Source: Eledone cirrhosa (lineage: Eukaryota). From it: 64,000 nucleotides of DNA. The notes under the pieces were generated by a model, which was given only the letters and a program-made list of their open reading frames with translations, had not been told where the DNA came from and ran no database searches. Shown in pieces: positions 12,407-28,337 of this stretch. The stretch lies in the NCBI GenBank assembly GCA_964016885.1, contig OZ024742.1, positions 131,688,001 through 131,752,000 of the forward strand, given 5' to 3'. How positions within the stretch are numbered: position 1 is the first letter of the stretch; every line of letters starts with the position of its first letter. Both the position numbers and the translations under genes were made by a program.

Positions 12407-12835
12407 TAGAACTGACTTCTACAGGACTAGAATTGATTCACTTGTAGGAAATCATATGGACTATATTGTAAAAAGGAAACTGCCTATACTATACCAACAT
12501 ATGGTGTATCGTTTTTAATGGTAGTCATATCCCGATCACCATCGGGAATCCTGTGATAATTATATATATATATGATAAAAGTTATGTAAATAACAAAAAT
12601 CTCTGTCTGAGAAAGAGAGAGAGAGAGATAGAGAGAGAGATAGAGAGTGAGAGATAGAGAGAGAGAGAGAGAGATAGATAGATAGATAGAGAGCGAGAGA
12701 GAGAGAGAGAGAATGCGAGACAGGCGTATGTATCTATTTACGTATGTAACTGTGTGACTTTTCTCTCTCCCAATTCCTCAATCGTTCACTATATTTGTGT
12801 TTCTTATACTGGGAGTCGACATGTCTACAACCCAT

Positions 12836-13357
12836 ATTGGCGATGAACGGAGGCCATGCTTTGACGCATAGAGTTACGGCCCTTGCCATTCTGAGTTGAA
12901 ATTCCGCCGTGGTTAACTTTGCCTTTCATCCTTACGGGGTCGATAAATAAAGTACCAGTAATGCACTGGGTAATTGCTGGCCTTGTGGCAAAAGTAGAAA
13001 CAATTATTATTAACAGTATCGGTAGAGGATCGGACGCCATGCTTTACAGCATAGAGTTGCGGCCCTTTATGATCTAAGTTCAAATCCCACCGAGGTTAAC
13101 TTTGCCTTTCATCCTTACGGGGTCGATAAAATAAAGTACCAGTCACGCACTGGGGTCGATTTAATTGACTTTCCCCTCATCCAAAATTGCTGGCCTTGTG
13201 CCTATAGTAGAAATCATTATTATTGACTCTACGTTTGGAGTTCAGATCCCTCCGATGTTAACTTTGCCTTTGATCCTTACGGCATCGATAAAATAAAGTA
13301 CCAGTAATGCACTGAGATAAATGCTGCCCTTGTGCCAAAAGTAGAAACAATTATTAT
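12836..13357 (+). mobile_element. Three tandem copies of an octopod-type tRNA-derived SINE
   Basis: B-box-like GAGTTCAAATCC, shared body GTTAACTTTGCCTTTCATCCTTACGGGGTCGATAAAATAAAGTACCAGT, and (ATT)n tails. Confidence 0.85.
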
Positions 13358-13601
13358 TGACTCTCTTTCTAACACAGTTTCCCGGGACTTCTTCACTTTA
13401 AAATTTTGTTTCATCAATCCTTTCTCATTTACACGACAAATCATATTCATTTATTTCGTTGTTATCAGTCAATCACTATCGTCACACTGAGACATTGAAC
13501 TCTCTCTAAATAAATTCTTCCTTAACCTCACTATTTATTTATTCATTTATCTATTTATTTATCTATCAATCTATCTATATATATATATATATATATATAT
13601 C

Positions 13602-13680
<79 letters not shown>

Positions 13681-13961
13681 AAATGGAAAAAATGAAACAA
13701 CATTTCATTTCTCATTCTTAGTACGGCTGTTACTTAAATATAAGTATGTATACGTACATACATATATGTATACAGACGTACAGTAGTATGTATATATATA
13801 CATGCATGCACACATATATATGTGTACGTATGGGTTACATGGGTTATATATGTATGTATAGGTAAACCCATACGTACATATATATATATATATATGTGTG
13901 CATGTATGTGTATATATACATACTACTGTACGTCTGTATACATATATGTATGTACGTATAC

Positions 13962-14056
<95 letters not shown>

Positions 14057-14094
14057 TCTTCCTCCTCTGTGTACGCATATATTCACACACACAC

Positions 14095-14236
<142 letters not shown>

Positions 14237-14263
14237 CTATATATATATATATATACATATATA

Positions 14264-14338
<75 letters not shown>

Positions 14339-14658
14339 CTATATATATATATATACATATATATCTGTACACACATACAGATATATATGGACATACGTCT
14401 GTACATATGTTTATTTGTTTGTCTATAAGTATTTTTCAAACAACAGTAGGAAAGCAATTTGAAGCAGGAATCCACTAGAGTGCTCCATAAAGTAGAGTGA
14501 GATAACTTAATATAATGTGTACACTAACTGAATTAAAAAGCAATTCAAGGCATACAAGCTAAAATCAACATATATGCCTTCATATTATACACATATGTTG
14601 TGCCTGTGTATGGCTGTATGTATATATACATAGATACAGACAAACACAACGCATAAAT

Positions 14659-14758
<100 letters not shown>

Positions 14759-14968
14759 TAAATGTACTTACACACATGAGCGTATATACAGAAAGAGAGA
14801 CAGAGAAAGATAAATATATAGATGTATTTATATGTATATATATATATGTGGATATATATATATATATATATATATATGCACGCGTGTGTTGTGTATGTGA
14901 GTATATACATCATATAGAATATCAGACTGCACCCTACACAAATCTCTCTCTCTCACTCACGCTCCCTC

Positions 14969-15043
<75 letters not shown>

Positions 15044-15120
15044 GTATATTCATGTGTATATATATTTGTATAGATATATATCTCTGTGTGTGTGAATGTG
15101 TGCGTGCGTGTCTGCTGTAG

Positions 15121-15179
<59 letters not shown>

Positions 15180-16132
15180 AAGAGAAGGAAGAGAGGATGC
15201 GAGAGATCACTCGCTAGTTGAATCTCCATATTTTACAATAATTTACTTTCTATATCATATGTTTATTTTCATATGTCTATATTTCCTTATGCCGTGGCTT
15301 TTCTTCTAGATATATATATTGTATCTCATTTCAATTAAGCCCACCTCTCCTTATTGCTATGATTGCTTATCTACTACATGTTAGAGCAGACCTAATGATA
15401 GAATGCATTCAATACGAGACCACGTTTTTCTTTTTTTACACGTAGTGAACTATTGCCTATATTATCCATATCATTTCAGTGGGTTGTGTGTAAAATAACA
15501 GGTGGTCAATAGGCAAATTCGTTATATCATCGGGTTAAATATGCCTGTGTATTTCTTTCAATCAAACTTTACCGTGTGGTGACCCAGCATGACCTCAGCA
15601 AGATGGCTGGAAATGTAAAAGAATAAATGAGTAACTGATTCCAGTCGCTAAATGAAGTACCAATTCGATTGTTCTTCTGTTTCCGTTATCTCGTTCTTTC
15701 TATCCCACCGCTCCCTCTCTTTCCTTGGAAGAAAGTGAGATGGTCTCCATGAGGTTTAAAATAATCAAGATTCACCGTGTGTCACATCCAAGCCCCGACA
15801 ACTACATGATGTTAAAAGTTATTAACCTTTAGTACGTCACATATTATCTATCAGGCTGCTAATTCTAACTATGCCAGCACCTATGTTCATTTTCCTCCTT
15901 GACTTTCCGCTCCCTTCAATCTCGCTTCATATATGTTATCCCTATTCTCTCCCATCCCTCTTTCATTGCATCATGGCATATTGTTTTCTGTTTACTGTTT
16001 TAAATGACTTCTTTTTCAGAAAACCTTTTTATTCCTAACTACACCGCACTATTTGTACTTGTTTGTATCTCTTTATGCCTGCACGCCTCCACATACCCAC
16101 ATCAAACAAACACACACACACACACATGCAAA

Positions 16133-16539
16133 GCGACCGATCGTCAACTGTTTGTTCAACACTGGATTTGAGGAACAATCAACATGTTTCTGGGTCATTA
16201 CCCTTCATCAGGACTGTGTACCTCTGCCAGTATATTGAACGGTTAAAAATATATAGTATGTTCTTAAGTACACATCGACTGAGTAGCCTCATTTGCATAC
16301 TGGTGTAAGTGCAAAAAATAAAATTCTAATTCTATTTTTAATATTCGGCAGAGCCAGCCGTACCTCACTCGGTATGCAAATGAGGCTACTCAACCGATGT
16401 GTATTTAAGAAAATACTATATATTGTCAACTGTTCAACAGACTGGCAGAGGTATACACTCCTGATGAATGGTTATGACCCATAAACATGGTGATTGTTCG
16501 TCAAAGCCAGTGTTGAACAAACAGGTGACGATCGGTCAC
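16133..16539. repeat. ~170-bp diverged inverted repeat (16133-16310 / 16365-16539), pLTR-like, with a hammerhead motif in each arm
   Basis: GACCGATCGTCAACTGTTTGTTCAACACTGG..CCTCATTTGCATAC is the reverse complement of GTATGCAAATGAGG..CCAGTGTTGAACAAACAGGTGACGATCGGTC. Confidence 0.9.
16175..16217 (-). ncRNA. Minimal type-I hammerhead ribozyme H2 (43 nt); degenerate partner at 16455-16497 (+)
   Basis: ACAGUC-CUGAUGA-AGGGUAAUGACCCA-GAAA-CAUG-UU-GAUUGU. The partner has UAAA and GU instead. Confidence 0.75.
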
Positions 16540-16652
16540 CGGTACGGCATAGCTTCATATTGGTCCGTTTGTTTACAAACGAATCGCGCATTATTATAAA
16601 TGTTCGATATAACCCATACGTACATATGTATATATATATATATATTCATATG

Positions 16653-16685
<33 letters not shown>

Positions 16686-16702
16686 GTGTGCGTGCGCATA
16701 AT

Positions 16703-16781
<79 letters not shown>

Positions 16782-17194
16782 GGGTGTGTGAGTGTATGTA
16801 GTTATTAAAATAGAGGTAAATTTCCATACAAATCGAAAATTATAGGTAAAAAATAAATGTGAATATTTATAGACATTTATTTAAAGAATCTCTTTAGGCC
16901 AACAAAACATATTTCTATATTTGTTACATCAGATAAATTTAAATTTTGTCAAATATTTTTAAAGGTTTCGATTGATTACATTTCTTTCAAATAATTAATT
17001 TACTTTATAAATTGATTTCTGATATTGTATGAATTATTAAACAAATGGTATTTTCTATTTTTATATACCTATATATATCCTATATATCTCACATGGCTAT
17101 TTACTATTTGAGGTACATCCTTATATATATCTACCTAGTTGTTTTCGTGTGGGCCAGGATTCAATAGATAGTTCATTCTAGAATTTATTCCATA

Positions 17195-17370
17195 AAATAA
17201 TTGTTTCTACTTTTAGCACAAGGCCAGCAATTACCCAGTACATTACTGGCACTTTATTTTACCGGCCCCGTAAGGATGAAATGCAAAGTTAACTCAGACT
17301 GTAAAGGGACGTAACTATGCTAGAAAATATGGCGTCCAACCCTCTACCGATACTCCTAATTCGCCGCCCT
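17195..17370 (-). mobile_element. Octopod-type SINE copy
   Basis: Reverse complement of the 12.8-13.4 kb SINE, with an internal deletion. Confidence 0.8.
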
Positions 17371-18931
17371 TTTATTCCATAAAATAATAAATACCTACAA
17401 CAGTTAGGGACTCTGCCGTGCATGAGTGTGGGGGAGGGTGGATTCTGCTAGATTATTTGCTGAATTGACACAAATGTTCAATATTATGCTAGAATTTGTT
17501 GTAGTTATTGTTGGAGCAATAATGATTTCTTATCTAAACACAATGCCTGAACATTTTGGACAGGAGAAGGTCGATTATATCGATTCAAGTTCTTGATTGG
17601 AAATTTCCTTTTTTCCAGCTGAATGGATTGCGGCTACATGTAATATTGAATGTTTCGTAAGGATACAACACACACACCACTGGGAATCAAACTCACGTCC
17701 TTACAATTGTTAAGCGAATACACTAATCACTAATCTCTGCGTCTTCATATCACATAAGGTCGAATGATTAAATGTATTTTGTTAATTTAAACATGTCGTC
17801 ATAGTTATCAATTTGAAAGGACGATGTGTTTTAAAATTTACACCACCTGTGTTCTCTGTTCTTTTCTTCACTTTCTTTCTCTCTGCTCGTTCTATCTGTT
17901 TACCTGGGCTAAAGTCCAAATTGTCTCTTCCATATCACATTCTGTGCGTACTTTCTCATCTCGGCTAATAACTTGGGCTGTGTTTCCCTCTCTTCTTTTC
18001 AATTGCAGTACATTGGTTTGTAATAAATTGCATTTTAGTTTATTTGTAAACAATCTAAAGACAAATTGTTTATCTTATGTCCATTCGTTATTGTCCTATG
18101 TGTTTAGGAGTTATTGATATCGACCTTAGTTCACTGATATCACAAGGACCTCTAGAGGGCGTCTGATGGGAGGGGCTGTTCTGTGTTTCGTTCGTTTTTT
18201 TCCGTTGTCTTCGCCTACTTTCTTTCAATTAATTATATAAGATCTTAGTCGCTGTGTCATTCTTTCAAATATATCTCACTATATATATATATATGCACAC
18301 GCACGTGTGTGTGTGTCTGCTTGTGTGCATGTGTACTGGGGACAGATTAACCTTTACAAGTTGGAATGATCCCGGAGAAAAAGTAATGTTAATATTGAAC
18401 TCTTTCCCATGGCTTAAGTTAAAAGAAAAAGTTTAGAATACTGCAAGTACATCCAAGTTATTGAGATAGAGTTAGACATTGAAACCTGCAATATTTCTAC
18501 GTCAGTTTAAACCAATATAAGTAGTTCTTGTCAGAGCAACCGTCTCAGACGAGTTTAATATTAATTCAGAAACGATTACCATCACATCATGGCAACATGT
18601 ATCATGCAGATAATTATACTGAGAGTAACTAGACATGTCAATATAGACCTTAAGACCTTGTATGATAAAGTATTTAATTGTTTTCTAATTTAGATATCCT
18701 AAGGTTACATTGAAAGCAATATGGAATATGGATTACATAAAAGTTAGTGAAATAATACGTTTTAGAGTATTCCGTAGTAATTAATCTACACGATGTATAT
18801 TACCCCGGACGTAAAATCAAACATTTCTCTTGAATTACCAATTAAAGTTTATCACAATGACCTTTTCACTAACCCTTAAGTATAATATAAAAATTCCGAA
18901 TAAGAACTTGGTCGAGTTTATTGAACTTTCT

Positions 18932-19012
<81 letters not shown>

Positions 19013-19374
19013 AAAAGGAAAAGGAAATGCTGACAAATTGTTCCCAGTGAAAAATAGTTTAATTAGGAATAAGTAAAAATGAGTAATAGCATTGGTTAGT
19101 ATTCAGTTTTGGTTTTAAGTTTTCACCGGTTGCGCATTTCTAATGCTTCTCATATATATATATATATATAAATTTAATTTAATTGGCTTAAAATTAATAT
19201 CCTAATACAGATGGATTGCAGAGTGTCATGTAATCATAGACTGAGATAGGTTTTGGATGTATACCTAGTTAATATATTCTTTGCAATTTTTGAAAAAATA
19301 TGTATATGTATGTATATATATGTATATATATATATATATATGTATATATATGTGTATATGTATATGTGTATGTA

Positions 19375-19850
19375 TTAATTTTAATTTCTGTTTACCTATA
19401 ATTATATTCTACTATAGATAAAATACAATATCTGTTTAATTATTATAAACCTAATTAACATATACTATAGAAATTAATATATAATTTTTAATTTAGTTAA
19501 CCTATAATTTATATACTACTACCGATGTAATACTTTATTTGTTTTTTTCCCTATTACTAAATTCATTTCCTAATATTGATACCATAACGTTAATAATTTT
19601 AATTTAGTTATACTATAATTAATACTCTACTACTATTTAACTTCAAAATTCCGCTTCAAATATTATAAACCTAAGTAGTATACACCTTAGAAATCAATAT
19701 ATTAACTATCTTTAATTTAGTTAACCTATAATTAATGGTATACTTATATTGAAATGCATAATTTTGCCTTCTTTCTTACATTTCCTAATACTGAAACTAC
19801 TATGTAAACATATATTATGATCTAAATGCAGATTAATATTTTATATTTAC
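19375..19850. repeat. Diverged AT-rich tandem repeat, ~110-bp period, 4-5 units
   Basis: TTTAATTTAGTTAACCTATAATT-like anchor at ~19380, 19488, 19598 and 19711. Confidence 0.65.
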
Positions 19851-19879
19851 TATAATCCCCCCCCTCTTCTATTATTATT

Positions 19880-21493
<1,614 letters not shown>

Positions 21494-21667
21494 AACCAGT
21501 AAGACCCCGACAGCTGAGCTCAAGCCGTTTCGGCGGCTAATTCAAGTCGAAACGGCTTGAGCTCAGCTGTCGGGGTCTTACTGGTTCCTATTACCCACTC
21601 TACAACCTCAAGTATTGAGTACTTTGGTGCGTTATGGTCCACCTGGTTCCTTACCACATTTCCTTCG

Positions 21668-21715
<48 letters not shown>

Positions 21716-22330
21716 ATATATATATATTTTCTTGATATATTTCTTTTTTCTTTTTCTTTTCTTTTTATTTCTAAATTTATAGATACATTTATAAATAGGC
21801 AGTCTGCTGACACCGGTGAATACTGACCTCTTCTCCCCCCCCCCACACCTACTTTCTGTATCTGGATCTAAATATGTGTGGCAGTGTTTTTGTGCGCGCA
21901 TTAATGTCCATATGCTTATGATAATAGTATATACACATATATATGTGTGTGGGGGTGTGTGTGTGTATGTATGTTCGTGGTTGTGTGTATGTTTATGCGT
22001 ATACGCACGTGTGTGTGTGAATGTACGTGTATGTGTGAGTATATGAATGTGTGTATATATTTATTTTTATATTTATATGTGTATACGTATTTTATCTGTA
22101 GATTATAAACATACAGAGACATTAGCCTTGAATTTTTGTATTTACATACATCTTTTTGGCATGCGTATGCATGTGAACATATATCTTTATGCATATCTGT
22201 GAACGAAGTTACTTACATATATATACACACACCTAACTGTATAAACTTTTTGTATTTTCATTGGTCAATTTGAACTCTGTTCCCAAACAGACCTGTAATT
22301 TTGAATTGTTGTTATTATCAATAAATATAT

Positions 22331-22484
22331 TTCATTATTTCTGAAGACGGCATATATATGTGTTGGTATGTATATTTAATTTTGATAGTTTGTATAATTT
22401 TGTATAATTTTGTACATAGATCTGTTGAATATGCATGCCAATTCTAACACACATATATCCTAGAAACGATCGTTAAATAATGAA
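22331..22484 (+). ncRNA. Type-I hammerhead motif H3 with an extended (~115-nt) stem II
   Basis: Perfect 10-bp stem I UUCAUUAUUU/AAAUAAUGAA, CUGAAGA, GAAA, palindrome CGAUCG, UU site. The base of stem II is imperfect. Confidence 0.75.
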
Positions 22485-24316
22485 CTTTTTTTGTTTAATA
22501 TAAGGAACTGTTTCATTGTTTTATTCATTATTTTTTTAATATTTTATATATATATATATATATTACAAGTAGGATTGGGTCTACAAACATATGTGTGGAT
22601 TTAAATTTTCAAATTTCTAAATTTTCAAAATTTAAAATTTTTAAATTGTTGATTTGCGATATTCGATTCGCGGTGCTTAATCCGCTACTTGGATGATGGA
22701 CATGATACTGGTCTTAAGGCTAATATCGCAGCTAATTGTAATGTTGATGTTAATTTTGATTTCAAGTTTTAATTTTATCATTCCATGCGGCCGATATACA
22801 CACGCACACAACCCATGCCGCTGGCACATTTCAGCATACATACACTTCACGTGCATTCCATATATACTGTTATGAAGCACATAGCCTTTATATTCCCTAT
22901 ATACACCAAACCCATGCACATCTCATATATACTTTTATGAAATGGATGTTACACATAACCACAATATATATAACTTGTTTGTGCACGCACGTACGGCCCA
23001 CACCTATCCACAAGCAACGAGACCTGCATCATGCGCAGGCTCCTACCCAGTGCCTTAGCCCAACAGCCCCACTGTATATCATATAAACGTTTGCACCACA
23101 GCCCACAACTATTGTATGTAACTTGACGACACCTCGATAATACCCGGTCACCCTCTGCATCCTTGTCATGTATGCACTCTCTTTTTCCAGCATTTTATTT
23201 TATTGTATTTTATCTTTTATTTTATTATTGTATGCAATTTCATTATTTTATGTTATGTGCATACAGGTTTTTGTTTTATATATGTGCCACCCACGCTATA
23301 TGCGATTTGTGCAGGGATATTGTGCCGCCGTAACATGTAGGCATATTGTGCAGACACCCTTGGACTCACACCGCCACGTGATCAGGTTGGGTCAAGGCCT
23401 CAAATGCGTTGTCTCATACAATACTGTGTGCATCATCTGCGCAGCGGCGCGTGGGGATTGGAAGGATTTCACTCATCGGTGTTGAGCATGCGGCATGTAT
23501 GCGTGCCCACACAGACTTGCATGATCACGTGTGTGTGCATGCATGGGTCGATGTATTTGTCTGAGCATGTTTGCGTGGGGGTACGGATGACTTTCCATGG
23601 ATTTTTCTTTTCCCATCTGCTTATATAAGTGTGCGGCGTCATGGCTACGCACGCTACCCTGAATCCAGTGTGAGAGTGTAGAATTGGGTCTATTTGTTGA
23701 AAACACCTTTGATATAGCCCTCCGTTTGAATGGCTGTTGAAAGCTTCTTTTTAAAAACGTTTTTTTTAAAAAACGTTCTTGCTACACGTTCTTTCCTTCT
23801 CTTTTTCATTTTCTTTTTGAAATTAGTATGGCGGAGTGCATCCCAAGGCTGTGTCTACTAATGTTACGCTAAATATCCACATGATTTTTTTTTTTTTTCA
23901 AATTCCCGCAAAACATTATTTATGATGAATGCCGCATACAGCATAATTGCGGGTGTGTAACTGACCGATGTAGACTAAGGCGCCTAGGAGCAATGAAGAA
24001 GACGAAGTGATGCCAGCCGTTCAAGATTACGGCCCCTCTCCCACCACAGTAGTAATTCTGATATATGAAGATATTTTGATTGAGGAAGCAAGAAGTAGGC
24101 AACCAGTGACTAGAAATACCGATGACGTGTACAATTCTTGACCACTCATGGAATGACAATAACAGGATCTAAATCAACAAACGAAGTAATTCGAAGTCAA
24201 AGGACTAAAGGAAAATCTGCTTCGTAGAATGGAGACATATCTGACGACCGTGTTGATTTCAGAGTCAGGTGTGATCACCATATCGATCGTGCCCCGAGCT
24301 GGTCGCTCGAGAAACA

Positions 24317-24440
24317 TTTGTAATATGTCCAATAAATTCCTTTCGTCGTAACACTGATTTTCTTTTTCTGTGATATATATATATCACAGAAAAAGAGAAT
24401 CAGTGTTGCGACGAAAGGAATTTATTAGACATATTACAAA
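24317..24440. repeat. Near-perfect palindrome centred on (TA)n
   Basis: TTTGTAATATGTC..TTTTTCTGTGA(TA)nTCACAGAAAAA..GACATATTACAAA. Confidence 0.9.
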
Positions 24441-25040
24441 GGTTGGAAGATCATTGATGAAGGGCTAATTTTATTCATATATAACCGACGTGCAACCACG
24501 CAGCACGCCATTTTTCATATATTTATATTTTTGCCTCCGCTGCGACCTGTCTGTTTCTTTCTTACTGATTCCCCTTTCTCTGTATCTCTCACCTTTCATT
24601 TTACCCCCTCTGCCGGTCGTTCTCTCTCGGCTGACCTCTTCCTCACACTTTCACTCACTCACTCTCTGCTTCTCCCACTCTCTCACATCCTCCCGTTTGA
24701 CCTGTGTGAAATCCTTTTCTCGCTCACATCTCGCCCAGGTCGGATGGTCTTTACCTCTCGTCTATGATTTCACCGAACTTATGTTCATAGATATCACGGA
24801 CTTGTCTCTTCTTTTCCTCTCTTTCCGTTGCTTTACCATCTATGTTTGTTTACATGCTTCGCGCGCTTCACCTTATTTTACGTGTCCCAATAACTTTCTT
24901 TAGTTATAGCTCGCACCAACCAGAGGTATATGATCTTTAAAGCGAAGAAATACAAATGAAGGTTGGAAGATCACTGATGAAGAACTAATTTTATTCATAT
25001 GTAACCCATGTGCAACCACGCAGCACGCCATTTTTCATAT
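24441..25040 (+). mobile_element. ~600-bp non-coding element with ~80-bp terminal direct repeats
   Basis: 24441-24520 is repeated at 24961-25040 (GGTTGGAAGATCA.TGATGAAG..CGCCATTTTTCAT). Homolog at 11590-12180 (-). Confidence 0.7.
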
Positions 25041-25232
25041 ATATATATATATATATAGAATGGAAAACGAAAAATCAGTGATGCATCAGAACTATGAATT
25101 TAAACAAACGAATTCATATGATTCTAGTTCCTCAGTGAAATAAAAACCCAACCAGGAACTGGGCATATCAGAGAATTGACAAAGTTAAACACCTCAACAA
25201 CATGTGTACTCGTCTCTACCACACTAATTCGG

Positions 25233-25287
25233 ACTGCCTGAAGAGGTCACAGCAAAAGATGGCTGTCACCGAAATAGATATAGCAGT
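25233..25287 (+). ncRNA. Minimal type-I hammerhead ribozyme H4, in a ~280-bp insert between (TA)n tracts
   Basis: ACUGC-CUGAAGA-GGUCACAGC..GCUGUCACC-GAAA-UAGAUA-UA-GCAGU. Confidence 0.82.
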
Positions 25288-25333
25288 AATAAACGAAGCC
25301 AAATTTTAAATACTTGACTTAGTTATCTTATTT

Positions 25334-25377
<44 letters not shown>

Positions 25378-25479
25378 GAAATACATACAAAACCAAAATC
25401 TATAGACGATTCTATAACGGTTGTATAGACATGAATATATAAACTCGCAGAACAAATATTTATTAATAGCATCGATTGA

Positions 25480-25533
25480 AAGCTTAAGCAAACAATTTCT
25501 GCTTTCACCCTAAAGCGAGATCTTCTGAAACTC
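25480..25533 (-). ncRNA. Hammerhead-like motif H5 with a CAGAAGA core and a true stem-III hairpin
   Basis: GAGUUU-CAGAAGA-UCUCGCUUUAGGGU-GAAA-GCAGA(AAUUG)UUUGC-UU-AAGCUU. Confidence 0.55.
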
Positions 25534-25584
25534 AAATAGGTATATATACATATATATGTGTGTGTGTGTACATGTGTGCATATT

Positions 25585-26345
25585 ACCCGAGGGAGATGAC
25601 GGATTATTGCACCTCAACTATGCGTACTCGCTGCTTTTCCTTTTGAGGAGCAGTTTCGCCCTCCCCAAAAACCTTTTCACGCTGCGTGGTGTGTCTTGTC
25701 ACTCTCACGCTGATTTGATTGCTGAACTCTTGTGCAATGTTGATTTCGACAGAGCCAGCCTAATCTTTCACTCCAGCTACTCCCTCATCACCGAGGTCCT
25801 CCGCGTGACAGCAGAATATGACTGGGAGCAGGATGTGGAGTCAGCTCTGGTCGATTGGATCAATGAGACAACATTCAGTTGGATCAAGTCATCCTTACAC
25901 CAAAAACTCGTTTTCCGCCACCAGCCTTGTTGCTTCGGTCGTAATGTCGGGCACCACTGACCACAATGCAAAGGAGAGGTAGCAAACTAAATAATGATGC
26001 TTTACCGAACCCTTTCCTTTTCGCGTCAGTTTCAGTAATCAGATGTCCTCGCATCCCGTGATGCTGATTTCCTCCGCAAAATCGGGAAGACAAAAGTCTG
26101 AGGAAAGGAGGCTGCCGCAGCAAGTGTCTCTGATTTGTTTTCGTGGAAAGGCCTTCTACATTTTGTCCAAGGGGTTCAGATGTAAAATACGACTTAGACT
26201 GTGGTGGAGTCTGTAGCTCTGTCCACATATTCTTATCCTTTCCTTACTTATTTCTTTATGTTTCTTTTTCTTCTTTTTCCCCTTTTCCCTCTTATTTATT
26301 TCCTTATTGCCTCGAATCTGCATATATTTGGCCATTAAAGCAAAT
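25585..26345 (+). mobile_element. CRE-clade-like RLE retrotransposon remnant, deleted and frameshifted
   Basis: LLRSSFALPKNLFTLR, FLFASVSV, DFLRKIG and C-terminal QQVSLICFRGKAFYILS, which resembles the QRISxxxxRGNA terminus; pyrimidine-rich 3' UTR. Confidence 0.65.
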
Positions 26346-27860
26346 AATTTAATATACAGAACTGATTACGATTTATGAATTCTCAAGACAGGTAGACTCA
26401 TATAAATGTTGCTTAGCTACGGAATATTTAGTATTACGTCTTTTTGAAATTAACATATTGGTTTAGGCGCAACACACTTAGTATTAACATTCTCATTAAA
26501 TAGTTTACTTCTTTCAGCAAAAATTTAAAAAAAATACTTACACACACGAGGTAAGTTGCATCACGTAAAACTACACATTATATTGCACTCATGTAATCGA
26601 CAATGAGATATGCTTGAATATTATATATTACATGCTTACTTGTTGATATCTTTTTAATTTTTTCTTTTTCAAAATGATCTTCGAATCAGCTTTCTATTTC
26701 GCTGTAATTACTTTAAAGTTTAAATTGGGCTTCTAAAATAATTTGCATTTTTAGATAGCATTTTATCTAAGTATATGATAATACAACGTAGTTCTGTCTG
26801 GATTTGTTTTCAAAGGGGTAGTTGCTCTAAAATTTTATCTATTTTGAACATAAACTATCGTAGTGATTGATTTAAAATTCTTAGAACATGTAGAAATACC
26901 AAACACAGAATATAATTGTAACCACAGTCAATTGCTATATATAATATATTTCAAAATGTGGTCAGCAGCTGCTGTGCCAAATCAAACAGGCAATGTTTAA
27001 AATATATATGACATCACATGTTAATAGGATGCTGGTACTTATAACTCCACTACTATCATTGGTAATGTTTGCTTACCAGGAACATTAATATATCTAATTT
27101 ACCTTTTAATACTTGTAATATTCAACATATATCCTTATGAATACTATTTTTATTAGTATGTTAACATAACTTATAATATTTCCGATGTATATATCGAGGT
27201 ATTGTTTACAACATCGCATACTAATCCAGCAAGTTCTTTTAGTACCTTCTGACATTTTTATGAGCTATTCAGTATTATTGTTCAATTCCAGTTCAGATCA
27301 GATTAGGTTCACCTTTGAGATCAAATCGGCTGTATCATAGCTGTAGTATACTTTGATCTAAAAAATATGTTTAGGATGGAGAATCTATTGGCATTTTTAG
27401 AAAATATAGCGATCATGCGAAGGTTCTCCCACTGGTTTAGATGAACTGATCGCCTGTGGTAGCCTTTAGGAAAGAATAGAAATGACACCGGTCTACAATG
27501 ATAACGGTAGCTCCATTTTTCAAAGAAGTCGTTTTATTATCAACGGTAAAACGATGGCAAAAGTGATTTGGAGGGTAAGAAAGGGAGGACAAAGCACATG
27601 CATTCATCCCATAAGCCTAATCTTCAATACATATTTAAAGTACATCTTCAAAAGGAAGTTATATTTGAGGAATGAAATGTGTCCGTCTTTGTAAGTTGCA
27701 GATGAAAGATTGGGGAGCAGGGAGATTAGCGTACATGATTTCTTCTCGACTTCCAGGGAGAGGCCCTAGTAGGAAGTTAGCGGATGTTTTATATTCCGAA
27801 GATATTTATATATAAATATGCATATATATATATATATAAATATATATGTGTGTGTATATC

Positions 27861-28023
<163 letters not shown>

Positions 28024-28038
28024 TAAAATAACAGACTA

Positions 28039-28090
28039 AAGTTTAAGCAAAGAATCGCTGCTTCCACGCTTAACGGGATCTTCTGAAAAT
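28039..28090 (-). ncRNA. Degenerate hammerhead-like motif H6, same family as H5
   Basis: AUUUU-CAGAAGA-UCCCGUUAAGCGU-GGAA-GCAG..UUGC-UU-AAACUU. Confidence 0.4.
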
Positions 28091-28337
28091 AAAAAAAATC
28101 AATCATTGAACGGAGAAGTAAATATTTTGAAAAACGTTGCAACCGGAGGAAAACAGGACGACGATACTTTGGTTCGTGAAGACGTTCCTTGGCAGTGAAC
28201 TAAAAAAATAACGAAGATAATACGTCGTCATGTGGAGGTATGAGAATATATACACGCATAGAGAAAACCACGGTTATGGAGTCGTAGACAAATATTATAT
28301 TTAGGAAACCGAATGATTCTCGGTTTCGAAGTTAAGA

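Noticed and set aside
22660-24310. Moderately GC-rich non-microsatellite segments with short ORFs
   Set aside because: No family, termini or protein motif that I can support; left unannotated.
27080-27420. KYTTAMIQPI (-) resembling the pogo/Tigger NTT..QP.D motif
   Set aside because: Too short and decayed, and no TIRs found.
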